DNA from: Podospora anserina
Lineage: Eukaryota
Direction of reading: 5' to 3'
Assembly (NCBI GenBank): GCA_017654855.1
Contig: CM030334.1
Location: 62,001-126,000, forward strand
Length of the DNA: 64,000 nt
A program made the translations under genes and the position numbers. The notes under the pieces are model-generated. The model made no database searches, was not told the origin of the DNA, and saw only the letters and a list, made by a program, of their open reading frames with translations. Below, one piece after another: positions 45,363-56,877 of this stretch (its first letter is position 1; each line of letters begins with the position of its first letter).

Positions 45363-46784
45363 ATGTCAGCCATCATGGTGAGCTACGACCACACAAGCTA
45401 TCCGTGCGTCAGGATACATACCCCGCTTTCTCGGCGGGGAACTGGGCCTGGCCTCATCATTGTCTCTGGCGACGACTATGAGGTGCACGACGACCGCGTT
45501 AGCCAAACACTGGATCCGCACCCGACCAAGAAATGGGCAGAAGAGGGATATGCGGTGGCCGAGGTGGGGGTAGGTCTGGTCCAGAGGGAGCAACACGATC
45601 GCGTTGACAGAGTGCTTGAGCTCAAGAACCAGCTCACCGAGGCTGTTGATAAACTGAGGGCGACGCCAGAATGTCAGGGCGAAGAAATTGGCTTGATTGG
45701 TAGGTCATGGCCAAGCCGTCACAGAGAGGCTCATTTGTCGTCTGGAACAAGACTGACTATGGCATCGTAGCATTTCACCACGACCACATCTCCAGGCATC
45801 TCCTCGATGCTGTCAAGGAATTTCCTGAGATCAAGGCAGTCATCTTTTATGGCTGGTCACCAAGCGAAGCACCGCACGTCCCGGTTCTTGCCCACCTGGC
45901 TGGGAACACTCGTCCCAGCAGTCATGTTCCGGGGGTGACCATCTACACCTACCCGTCTGCCAAAGACCACCTCTTTGCTCTGCCAACTCATGCATCATTT
46001 TTGGCGAGCGCCGTCTCCGTCTCCCACACTCGCTGCTTGTCTTTTCTCAAGCCCAAAACGAAGGGCCCATACTTTGACCTGGAAGCTATATGGGACGAAC
46101 ACACGCGGTTCGAGTTTGAAGACCGCAGTGTGGAGGAAACAATGAAGACGATGGTGGATGAGCCCTATGTGAACCATGTGCCCACCTTGACGGGTGGCAT
46201 CGGGCGAGCAGCCCTGACGAGGTTTTACCGGGACCACTTCATCTTCAGCAACCCCGACGACGCCAAACTCGAGCTGGTGAGCCGCACCGTGGGCATTGAC
46301 CGGGTGGTGGACGAGTTTCTGTTTCAGTGCACTCACACCAGAACCATTGACTGGCTGTAAGTTGAATAGTGGCCGAAGCAAGACAAGCACAAGGTGAAAA
46401 GAGGCTGACGATGAGACCGAAAGGATCCCTGGAATTCCCCCTACCGGAAGGAAGCTGAGTGTGCCCATGACCAGCATTGTCAACATTCGCGGCGATAAGC
46501 TCTACCACGAACATATTGCTTGGGACCAGGGAACGGTTCTTCGACAGCTCGGGCTGCTCCCAGAATATCTGCCATTCCCAGGGACCCAGTTGGAGTACCG
46601 TGTGCCGGTGGCCGGGATAGAGACGTCGAGCAAGATGGTGGATGAGAACTCGTGTGCTTCGAATGAGATGTTGGACTATCAGGTGAGGGAGGTGAGGGAG
46701 GTGAGGGAGGTGAGGGAGGTGAGGGAGGTGAGGGAGGTGAGGGAGGTGAGGGAGGTGAGGGAGGTGAGGGAGGTGGGGGAGTAA
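45363..46784 (+). CDS. Dienelactone-hydrolase-like / SnoaL(NTF2) fusion protein, 3 exons
   Basis: PLSRRGTGPGLII, KWAEEGYAV, DLEAIWDEHTRFEF, PYVNHVPTLTGGIG, SRTVGIDRVVDEF, LYHEHIAWDQGTVLRQLGL. Confidence 0.85.
46683..46781 (+). repeat. Coding 9-bp minisatellite (GTGAGGGAG) x10 plus 1 variant, encoding (VRE)10-VGE
   Basis: Read directly. Runs up to the TAA at 46782. Confidence 0.95.
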
Positions 46785-47301
46785 TTGTCGGTAACAAACA
46801 CGTCATTGTTGTCTGCACGTACAAGAAGAAAGAAAAATGAAGAAAACGAACAGCCCAAAATGCATTGTTGAAACGCGCACAGTGCCAGGCAGTGCGCGTA
46901 GGAGCGCCATGTAGGGCAAATGGCTGGAGTCTAAACTGTGCCGTTCCACAGTTTTGTATGGCAGAGGTCACGGGTCTGGTCACGGGCTCAGGCCAAAGTG
47001 GGCCTAGCTCGGCATTCTAAGTTTCCACGACCACTCGAAACTTTGCAAAATCGGGAAAGCTTTCGACTCGACTTGATTCGATCTCCGCTGTCACCAACTT
47101 CTGACGACCGCACACATTACACCCTCTCTCGCTCCCCACCTGCAGCATTGCCACTGATAGCTCCAGCAACTACGATTATTTTATTCTGTAGCCTCCTTGT
47201 CGACTCTCGACTTTCGACTCTCGATCCCCGACCCGTCAATCCCTCAAACAACCACCACCAACCACCCTTGGCCATCCAGCTCTCCGACGACATCAGACAT
47301 C

Positions 47302-50300
47302 ATGCCTACAGGCCTGTCTTCCAGCTTCGCCTCTGCCGCCGCCGGCCAAACCCGAGATTCCAGAGGAAACGGACGAGTCGACACGGGACGTACTGGCGGG
47401 AGCGGTGAATGGTAAGATGATCAGAATACATACATGCTACGTGACATCACCCTCGTGCCTCGAGGCTAATATGGGGTGCCAGGCCGCGCTCGAATGGGAC
47501 TAGGACTTTCCGCCGACCCTCCACCACTCCCTTCAACCAAAACCCCTCGTCCAACCCCGCCGATCTCATGCAGTCTTCCGTTTCCGACACGCCTTCTTCG
47601 TATCCAAACAGCCAGCCAGGCTTTGGGGAGGGGGCCGCGAAATACACGAGGGAGGAGCTGCTCGACATCTTCAATAGTATTGAACCCGCCAAGATGGATG
47701 TCTCCAGTCTTTTGGAGCCGAATTGGAACCCGGGCCATTTGAACGGTAGCCATCCCTCTGCTCGTCCATGGGGCAAAAGTGGCGACTCGGGCCATGCCCC
47801 ACAGGATCCCAGCGTGTGTTGGGACGCAGATGGCAGTGTCAAGCCCATCGGTTTAGAGGACATGACCGAGGAGGAGCGCCTCATGTTTTCGACTGATGTG
47901 AACTCGACCATGAAGCCACCTCAGCCGAAACAGCCCCAAGAGGGGAGCACCCCTCAAGGCGGGGGCATCAACGGTCGCAAGACGTCTGTGAGCGCCTCGA
48001 ATTACCCTCTCGCCTCCCCGTCGACCTCCCGCCCTGTGACCAGGCGTAGGGAGACGGCTGACACGAACCCGTTTCCATCTGCGTCTGTGGCCTCGCCGAC
48101 AGCCTCTCGCTTCTCCCGGGATGAGTGGTTTCCCCGCCGCAACACGGCCGAGGTCAAAGAGATGACGGATGAGCCAGAAGAAGACCACAATTTACGCGAG
48201 GCTCCGGCCAAGAATCAACCTTTTGCACTGCGTGCCAACACTGGCGGTCCGACTGGCTTTGGCAATGCAAGTTCTCTCTGGGGCCCAGGCACGCCCACCT
48301 CGAGTTCTGGAATCGGTGGTGGGGCATTTGGCAACTTTGCCATTCCCACGCCCACCACTGCCGAGAAGCGCTTCCCATCTTCGGGCGGGAGTCGTCTTGC
48401 GCACCTGATCCCGAAGGACTCGACTGAGAGCGCAGCGCCCAAAGCAAGTGATGCCGCCAGCTGGCGTCCTCGCCAGCGGACTGATACAGACCCGTTTACG
48501 AACCGGGACGATGGTGCATCTGGCAGTGCAGCTTTGGGCGGGGCTCAGGACAACAGTCCGCCTCTGGCCTCGGCCCAGCCGCTGCGCAGCAACAGTGTTT
48601 TTGACACCCCTGTGAAGGGAAGTGCTGGTGACTTTGGCATGGCCAATCTGCGTCTTGGTGACCGCGGCGATGGACATGGCCCAAACAGTCCCTCGGACAC
48701 GAACCCTTTCCGCAGCCCCACTGCGGTGGACGGCCGCGAGGAGCAGCAAGACGACCATCACGACCGTCAGCACCACGATGTTCTCCGCAACAACCAGCCC
48801 GGCCCAGCCCCTGACAACCATTCTGGCTACAGCACGCTTCCTCGTTCTTTCGGGGCTACTGGCCCCTTTGACGGCAGCGATCGGAGCCAGACCTCTAGTG
48901 TCGGTGCCAAGGGCTTCCCCGCTGTGAACCATCTGGGCGGTTGGCCTTCTGCACCCTCTGTTGGCACTCCCGATCGTGATCGATCTTTCAACCCGTTCGG
49001 ACCTGGCATTTTCGGGTCCATTACCGATCTCCCGTCCCCTGGCCTGGGCGGTCTCAACAGCGTCTTCGGCGTGCCCACTACCTCGAGACTTGCCCGTGGA
49101 AAGCTCGAGTCTCTTTTCCCGACGGCCATGCAGGCTCCAATCCACCCTCACGACCAAGACGGGCTCGCTGATTCTATCCCTGATCTTCGTCAGGCCAATC
49201 CTCTGGGTGCTATTGGCCGTGGTGCCATTGGTTTGCCCCGTGAAGCCACTAGTCCTGTCCGGGGCAACCGGGCTGCCTTTGAGGATATGTATTCGACTCC
49301 TGACCAGACCCGTTCTCCTTTCTCCGCCCCCGATCAAGACCAGCAGGGTCTCACGAGCACCGCCCCGGGCCAGTCATTCCCCACCACCGGCGGTCCTTCC
49401 TTCGTCTCTGGCCAGGCTGGAGGAGATCCGGGCTCGGTCAGAACCATGGTCATGCCGGACAGGATGCGCTGGGTTTATCTCGATCCCCAGCAAGTAGTTC
49501 AAGGGCCCTTCAGCGGTCTCGAGATGAATGACTGGTACAAGGCGAACTTCTTCACGCCTGACCTTCGGGTCAAACGGCTGGAGGATCGTGACTTTGAGCC
49601 TCTTGGTCAGCTTATCCGGCGCATCGGAAACTCCCGGGAGCCTTTCCTCGTGCCGCAAATGGGTATCCCTCATGGCCCTGCTCCTCCCGCTGGGGGCTAC
49701 GGTCCTGGAGTGTCTGATCCTGTCCCGCCTCTTCAGAACGCCTTCCCTTCCTTCGGCCGCACCCTTACCGCTGCTCAGCAGAATGACCTTGAACGCCGTA
49801 AGCAGGAGGAACAAATGTATCATGCCAGAGCGCGAGAGCTGGCTCAGTTTTCCCGCCATCCCCTCCAAACCTCTGTGCCCAGCACGCTCCAGCACCACTC
49901 CAGCATCCACAGCCTGCAGAGTCAGCCCAGCTTTGGCAGCATGACGTCTCCCATCACCATGCCTCCTCAGCCTCCCATTGGTCCCATGGTTCCGGGCGCC
50001 CCTTTTTTTGATTCGGGTGCTGGCATCGCCCCCGGTCCTGCGCAGCCCCCCATTGGACCTTCTGCCGACCTTTTTCCTGCGGATCTGAACCTCAGTGAGC
50101 GCCAGATGCTCGCCAACATGCAGGCCACCGGGTCACTGCCGGCCGTTTTCCCCTCGCAGTCAGGGGGTGCCAATGTTGCCGATGGTGGCCTCCAGAGCCA
50201 ACTGCCTCATGTCGACCAGCTTCAGCAAGACTCCGAGGGCTTCAAGGACAGGCTCCTCCAGTTTCAAGATCTCCGCTCTGAGCGTGATGCTGAAGAGGCG

Positions 50301-51816
50301 GCCGCCACTGCCACTGCCCAGGCCCGCAAGGTCATCGACGAGGTTGTCAAGCAAGAAGAGCCAGCGCCGGCTAATTCTGCCCCCGCTCCCATGTCAGCTC
50401 CCGTGCCCGCTCCTGCTGCTCCCGAGACTCTCGTCGCGGCCCCCGAGCCCGCTGTCGCCAGGAAGGCTGCTGCCCCAGCCCAGTCTGAACTGTCTCTGAC
50501 CGAGAAGGTGCGTAAGACGCAGGCCGATAACGCCAAGTCGGCGCAGAAGCCTTCTGCTTCTGGCCTTCCCATGCCCTTCCCCCCCCCGCAAAACGCCCCT
50601 CTGCCTGCTCCCACGGCGCAGCGTCCTGCTTCCAACCTCCCTAGTCAGTATGGCGACCGGTCCGCCTCTGGAACTCCTGACACGTCTTCTGAGGGTGCCC
50701 CTCTTGCCCCTCCCCCTACCGCTCCCTGGGCTCCTCAGCCTGGTGCTGAGGCTCACAAGGGCCCAAGTCTGAAGGAAATTCAAGAGGCCGAGGCCAAGAA
50801 AGCTGCCAAGAAGGAGGAGGCCGCAGCCGCCGCTAGACGCGCGGCACTCGAGCAAGAGACGGCAGCTCTTCTGGCGCGTGAGAAGGCGGCTGCTGCTGCC
50901 AGTATCGGTCTTCCTGCCACTAGTACCTGGGGTACCGGCTCGCCAGTCAGCACGGCCAGTGGCAGCCCCTGGAAGCAGCCCACGGTCGTCAAGACTCCCG
51001 TGTCTGCCAGCACTCCCTCCAAGAAGACTCTGGCCGACATTCAGCGTGAGGAGGAGCTGCGCAAGCAGAAGGCCAAGGAGGCTGATCGCCAGGCCAGCGC
51101 TGCTGCCGGTGCCGCTCTTGGCAAGCGTTATGCCGATCTTGCCAGCAAGACGTCGTCGCCCGCTGGTATTGCGCCCGCTGGCCCCGCGACACAAGCCATG
51201 ACTGGAGGTGGATGGTCTACTGTGGGGGCTGGCGGCAAGGTCAAAGTTCCTACGGGTCCCGCTGCTCAGAACCGGTCTGCTAGCACCACCGGCATCAAGC
51301 CCTCGGCCACGCCGGTTGCGCCCAAGGCCACACCCAAGCCCGCCCAGACATCGCTCAAAGATGCCAGAAACCTTGCCCTTGACGAGTTCAAGAACTGGGT
51401 CCGCCGTGAGCTGACGCGTGGTGCTATCAAGGAGGGTAAGTCTTGACTTGTCGATTCTTTTCTGATGTTCACGTTGCTAACTGAATGCGTGTGTAGCCGA
51501 CGGCCTCACTAATACTTTGTTGGAAATGCCGCTTGATCAGCCCGATATTATCTCGGACGTTGTGTACAGTTGCGAGTACACTCTGAACGGCAAGGACTTT
51601 GCCATGGAGTTTGTGCGCCGCAAGAAGCTGGCGGACAAGGGCATCATCGAGAAGGACTCGACGGCGGCGTCGATGCCCAGCGATACCAAGATGGTCAGCA
51701 ACAACGGCTGGAGCGAAGTGGCCAAGAAGGGCAGCAGCAGTGTGCAGGCTGCAAAGGAGGAGGCGGCGGTGCCTGGCTTCCGTGTGGTCCCCAGCAAGAA
51801 GAAGGGCAAGAAATAG
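47302..51816 (+). CDS. GYF-domain protein (Smy2/GIGYF/Mpd2-like), 3 exons
   Basis: MPTGLSSSFASAAAG start, KYTREELL, WVYLDPQQVVQGPFSGLEMNDWYKANFFTPDL (GYF), SLKEIQEAE, terminal FRVVPSKKKGKK. Confidence 0.88.
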
Positions 51817-52429
51817 GATCCTCTCGCCGCTGACCCCGCTGACCGTGTCGACGTTGGAGCCGAGAACTACTTCAAGGCGCTGCAGTTCAAAGGAGGAATG
51901 AAGTAACAGACGGAGGGAAGGGGGGGCGGGGGGCATGATGGGTTACATGCAGTCCGTTTTTGGTGCATCTCTTGTTGGCAGCGTAGCCAGTTGGCATGGC
52001 AAGCCCTGAGCGAGTATTACATGTAGCAGTAACTGTGTTGAGTATGTAGCGCTTGCCTCGACACCAAAAATATGGAGCGAGGAATAGTTATTCCGAATGT
52101 ACGTTGGTTCGCCATCTGCGTGATTTTGTCATGACAGTTGGAAGATATGTTGGTTGGGGGGAGGGCAGCCGTATGCAGGTAAGGAAGCGCAAGGCTGAAG
52201 TTGGTGCCCCGGGGTGTCTTATGTAATCCAGGAGCTCACCAAAGGTGACAACCCCGCCATGGCTACACAGTGTGAACGGTGCGCCCCACTTTATCTTTGA
52301 GATCGCAAAAATGGAGGGGCACAAGTGGGAGGTGGTTTTCCGTATCATACCCTTTTGCACCACACTTTCCTTTTTTCTTTTTTTCTTCTTTCCTTTCACC
52401 GGATTGGAATAGGATAAAATCATTTCACA

Positions 52430-55333
52430 ATGGGGTCACCAAACGGCGATACCCTCGTTTCCTCCTTGCCTGAGCTTTTGGAGCAAGGCAAATACCTCGA
52501 GGTTTTGCTGTCTGAACCAGGCAAAGCGCTGATTCGGAGCTATGTCCACCAGCAGCAGTCGCCATCACCACCACCACAGGACCAGAATCACAACAGCAAC
52601 AGCAAAATTGTCGGACTAGCCGCTTTTAACGCTTTCTTGCAGGGGAATGTCACCGGCCCTGTGCTTGACGACACCCTCCTCTCTCGGGTCGAGAAAGCGT
52701 TTGGGACGACGGAGAATGAGAGGAAGGATCTCGCGAGGAGATGCCTGGCGGAGCTGCAGGTGGATGGCGTGGGGGTGTACGCGTATGTCCCGCTGTTGGA
52801 ACTTTTTGGGTTGGCGAGGTGGGTTTTGTTGGGGTTGGGCGATGATGAGAAGGAGAGGTTGAGGGTGAATGTCTGGCATTACAAGCTCTTGACGGAGCCT
52901 AGTCTGGGGAGCGGGAGCAGTTTCAACAAGGGGTTGCAGTGGTGTGAGGTGCCCAGTTTGAGGGCGGAGATTGAGCGGGCGCTGGAGGGGGGGCAGGAAA
53001 AGGACGGGGAGGCGTTGGTCGAGAGGGCCATGGTCTGGATTATGCTTGGGCAGGAGAAGAAGGCTAGGGGGGTGCTGGAGGAGGCGAGGAAGGAGAGGGG
53101 GTTTGTTTATACGCTTACTGGAGCTTTGGGTAAGAGGACGAAGTTTCAGGAGAGGAGCACGAGTCAACTTGTTGTTTTGGCGAGGAGTAAGGGGGCGTTT
53201 GAGAGCGGGGGTGGGGAGGTGAAGCCCGAGGGGCTGAAGTTGAATGATGATACTTTGCTGGAGGAGTTGAAGTTTGATAAAGAGGGGGGAGAGACGGATA
53301 TCGGGGAGAGGGATGATGAAAAGGAGGATGTGCCGGTGGAGTTGAGGGATATCAAACCGGATGAGCAGCCGCAGCTCGCGCCGCTGGATCAGATTATCTT
53401 GTTGGCGGAGGCTACGCTCAAAGATGCGTTCTCACCGGCGGACACTTTGAGCTCGGAGGAGGTGTTGCCTTTTGCGGTGAGGGTCATCTCAGATCAGGGC
53501 AAGACAAACTGGCAGATTTATACGCATGCGCTGCTGGTGAGGTCGAGGATTGAGGTGCACAGGAGCAGGACGATGGAGAGAGGGGTGCTGCAGATGCAGG
53601 CGGTGGTGGATCAGGTCGTTGTTGATACCACACAGCCGGAGCGTGCCCAGACGCAAGAGGAGAAGGAGGGAGAGGAGGAGAATGGGGTACCGGAAATCAA
53701 GGTCTCTGTGCATGGCGACGAAGCTGCCCCCGTCGACAACAAGCCAAAATCCTTCTTCCCCGCCGCCAAACCGTCAGAGACAGCACCTCCAGAAGTCAGA
53801 TTGCGGTACATTCACACGCTGAGCTCGCCACCACGATGGCATCTGGAGTCAGAGCTGGCCTACTCCTGGGCTGGTGTCGGATCGCTGGTGTCCGCCCTGG
53901 AGATCTTCAAGCGCCTTCGCCTGTGGGCAGAGGTGGCACTTTGCTATGCCAGTAATGCCGCGAGGGAAGACGAAGGCGGGCGCGGAAAGGATGGAGAGGC
54001 CAGGGCAAAGGCTATCCTCCGGTGGAGGCTATTCAACAAGACGGGAACCGCCCCTGAGAACTCGGAGCAAGACGCAGACGAGGAAGACGTGGACCTTGAC
54101 AAGATCCGAGAGGCCGACTACCACGGCCCCCAGCGGACGCCACCGCCCTCCAACGCCCCTCGCCTGTGGTGTCTTCTTGGAGACCTTGAGAACGAAAAGA
54201 ACTACTACGAGCGGGCCTGGGAGATTTCGGGTCAACGATATGCCAGAGCCCAAAAGTCTTTGGGAGAATACTACTTGCAACAAAAGGATCTGCTCAGCGC
54301 CCGAGATGCGTACAAACAGGCGGTGCACGTCAACAGGCTGAGCAACGAGTTGTGGAACCGTCTGGGAGACATCAGCTTGCGCATGGGAGAGTTTGCCGAT
54401 GCCGCTGAGGCGTTTAGCAGAGCCATCTCGTCCTCCGACTCCAATGGCGGCGAGGATGCCAGGACGTGGAGTAACCTCGGCAGCGCCTTTTACAGTCTCT
54501 ATGTCGAGCGGGTCAAGGAGTTGAGGCAGCAAAACGAGAACGGCGTGTCAGCCGAGTCAGCAGCTGTCCCTGGTGATGATGAAGACGAGGAGACGGTTGA
54601 GAAGGAGGCGAAGGACCCAAAGACTTTGCTGACCCAGTCGTTGCATGCCTACAAGAAGGGGGCTTCGATTTCGCATGACAACTGGCGCATCTGGGACAAT
54701 GTTATTACCCTGGCCTCTCGGCTGCGACCGATTGCTGTCCAGGAGGTTCTTCTCGGCTTGCAGCATGTGGTTAGGATCAGGAAGAGCGAGGACGCGGTTG
54801 ATGTTGATGTTTTGAGGCTACTGCTCAACGAGGCTGTGTTGTCTGTGGAGAAGCCGGCTGGAACGGGCATCTACGACCCCCCTCGTGGATCGACCGAGAG
54901 AGCGGTGGTGCAGTTCTTGGAGACGTCGATTGTTCCCCTGACTACGGCCCGTTCTGAGTTCTGGGAGCTCATCACCAGAGAGCGAGTTTGGAAGAGAGAC
55001 TTTGCGGGCGCCATTGACGCGGCTGAAAAGGCCTGGCGCGCTGCCATGGGCGGTGCTGGCGGTGGCCTGCTCCCCGGTTCCAGCAGCACAGGGCCTGATG
55101 GGAAGAGCAGGAACTGGTTGGAGGACAAGGATGCGTGGGCCGTCGTTGTCGAGAGAACAGATGAACTGGTCTCGGTCCTCGAGAACTATGGCGAGGAGGT
55201 TCCCGAAATCGGGGGCAAGTGGAAAGGCAAGGCTCGGTTGGCCGTCAGAAGTGTCATGGGCAAGGGCAAAGAGGCCTGGGAGGACACGGAAGGGTGGGAT
55301 AGACTCAAGGGCTTGCTGGAGGGACTAAAGTAG
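52430..55333 (+). CDS. emw1: TPR protein, Emw1/TTC27 family
   Basis: 967-aa ORF with LTGALGKRTKFQ, NWQIYTHALLVRSRIE...ERGVLQMQ, LWCLLGDLE...YERAWEIS..RYARAQKSLG, WSNLG, NWRIWDN. Confidence 0.85.
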   Translation: MGSPNGDTLVSSLPELLEQGKYLEVLLSEPGKALIRSYVHQQQSPSPPPQDQNHNSNSKIVGLAAFNAFLQGNVTGPVLDDTLLSRVEKAFGTTENERKDLARRCLAELQVDGVGVYAYVPLLELFGLARWVLLGLGDDEKERLRVNVWHYKLLTEPSLGSGSSFNKGLQWCEVPSLRAEIERALEGGQEKDGEALVERAMVWIMLGQEKKARGVLEEARKERGFVYTLTGALGKRTKFQERSTSQLVVLARSKGAFESGGGEVKPEGLKLNDDTLLEELKFDKEGGETDIGERDDEKEDVPVELRDIKPDEQPQLAPLDQIILLAEATLKDAFSPADTLSSEEVLPFAVRVISDQGKTNWQIYTHALLVRSRIEVHRSRTMERGVLQMQAVVDQVVVDTTQPERAQTQEEKEGEEENGVPEIKVSVHGDEAAPVDNKPKSFFPAAKPSETAPPEVRLRYIHTLSSPPRWHLESELAYSWAGVGSLVSALEIFKRLRLWAEVALCYASNAAREDEGGRGKDGEARAKAILRWRLFNKTGTAPENSEQDADEEDVDLDKIREADYHGPQRTPPPSNAPRLWCLLGDLENEKNYYERAWEISGQRYARAQKSLGEYYLQQKDLLSARDAYKQAVHVNRLSNELWNRLGDISLRMGEFADAAEAFSRAISSSDSNGGEDARTWSNLGSAFYSLYVERVKELRQQNENGVSAESAAVPGDDEDEETVEKEAKDPKTLLTQSLHAYKKGASISHDNWRIWDNVITLASRLRPIAVQEVLLGLQHVVRIRKSEDAVDVDVLRLLLNEAVLSVEKPAGTGIYDPPRGSTERAVVQFLETSIVPLTTARSEFWELITRERVWKRDFAGAIDAAEKAWRAAMGGAGGGLLPGSSSTGPDGKSRNWLEDKDAWAVVVERTDELVSVLENYGEEVPEIGGKWKGKARLAVRSVMGKGKEAWEDTEGWDRLKGLLEGLK

Positions 55334-55440
55334 GTAGAGCGGAACCTCGAAATAAAAGATAAGATTTGTGAGCACTTTTTCTTGTTGTCTCGAGATCGGC
55401 CTTTGCCGTCTCCAATTCATACTCGTACACCAAAACTCAT

Positions 55441-56299
55441 TCATACACCAACGCTGAACCCGAACGACCCGTCGAACACATCTGCCTTGGCTGCTTCGAT
55501 AGCACTTGCTCTCATCCCCCTGAGATCATGGAAGCTTGGCACCCTGTTGGGCTCATAGAACGTGAGCAGGTTGGTCATGTCTTCGTCCGTCATCTCACAC
55601 ATCTCCTCCCAGCTGTACTTGTCGCTCACGTCCTTCATCCAGGACATGCGCTTGGGGCCCTCCTCGGGCTCGGGCGCAACCTGGCGCAGCTTGACGCGCA
55701 GCTCGCCAATGGCCTCAATGGCCCTCCCAGCATTGGACGGCAGCTGCTTCGCAATGAAGCGTCTGATCATGCTCGCCAGCCTCGGCCCCTTGCCATTGGT
55801 GGACACCATGATCTGTAGCGGTCCATCGCGGTGCACGCTGCCAAAGTAAAAGTCGCACTCGGGCGGGACATCGGCAATGTTGGCCACCAGGCGCTTCTGC
55901 TTGCACAGCTTCCAGATCTGGGTCGAGGCGGCAGGATCGTCGATGGCTACGAGGACCATAGACCAGTCCTTGTCGTCGAGGTCCGAGGGGAGGAAGATCC
56001 GGTCGACGTGGGTTACCTGCTTTTGGGCGACACGGTACGAGACTTCGGCGTTCAGGCCGCTCGAGGGACAGATGACGGTGACGACGGCATCGGCGTTGAG
56101 GAGGTGGACAATCCGTCCTGCTGCTACCTGGGGAGATGTTGTGAGATATTGTACAGCATAGAAACAAAAGGCAATAGCTGTCACGCACCTCACCGCCGCC
56201 GATGACAAGGACAGGTTTGCCCTTGACCTGCCATGCAATCATCAGGCTCCCGCCGCCCTGGATGGCGGGGTACTTTTCCTGCGGTCGTGATTCAGCCAT
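55441..56299 (-). CDS. met8: Siroheme biosynthesis precorrin-2 dehydrogenase/ferrochelatase, 2 exons
   Basis: GGSLMIAWQVKGKPVLVIGGGE|VAAGRI across intron 56128-56188. NIADVPPECDFYFGS, LQIMVSTNGKGPRLA. Confidence 0.92.
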
Positions 56300-56877
56300 G
56301 CCGCCGTGTGTCTTTGCGGTCGCGACGATGGCGATGGAAGCACGGAAGGGGTTGGCAGCAGAAAAGAAGACATGGCGATGGCGAGATGGGTGGAAAAGCA
56401 GACGAGATCGAAAGCGCCATTCAAGAGTCACCATTGGTCCCGTCCCCAGGGCATCCCCGGCCCCTCCACCGCTTTCTTTCTTTTTTCCGTGATGGTTGCT
56501 AGGGGCCCTGTGGACCTATCGATAAGCCTTACGGATAGGTAATGGCGCCTGGGAAGCCTTGAGCACTGGGACACGGCAACCGTGCAGCCCGCACTTGCAG
56601 TGCAGCACACAGCACACCCTGCCCTGGAGCTGCAGCTGCAACCCTGCCTGAGGTCCATCCTGCTACAGAGTACCTAGGCCCGGCATCCCCAACACCCGAC
56701 CCCGACCCCGACCCCGACCAACAGGAACAAGCACCTCAGCATCATGCCCGTTCCTGGGCTCTCCAACATCGCATTGCCAGCAACGATACCTTATCGCTAT
56801 AGGGCTAGTATCGCCGCCCACTCGGCCCTCAGGCGTGCGACGGGCAGCATCAGCATCACCGACATAGGCACCGCAAC

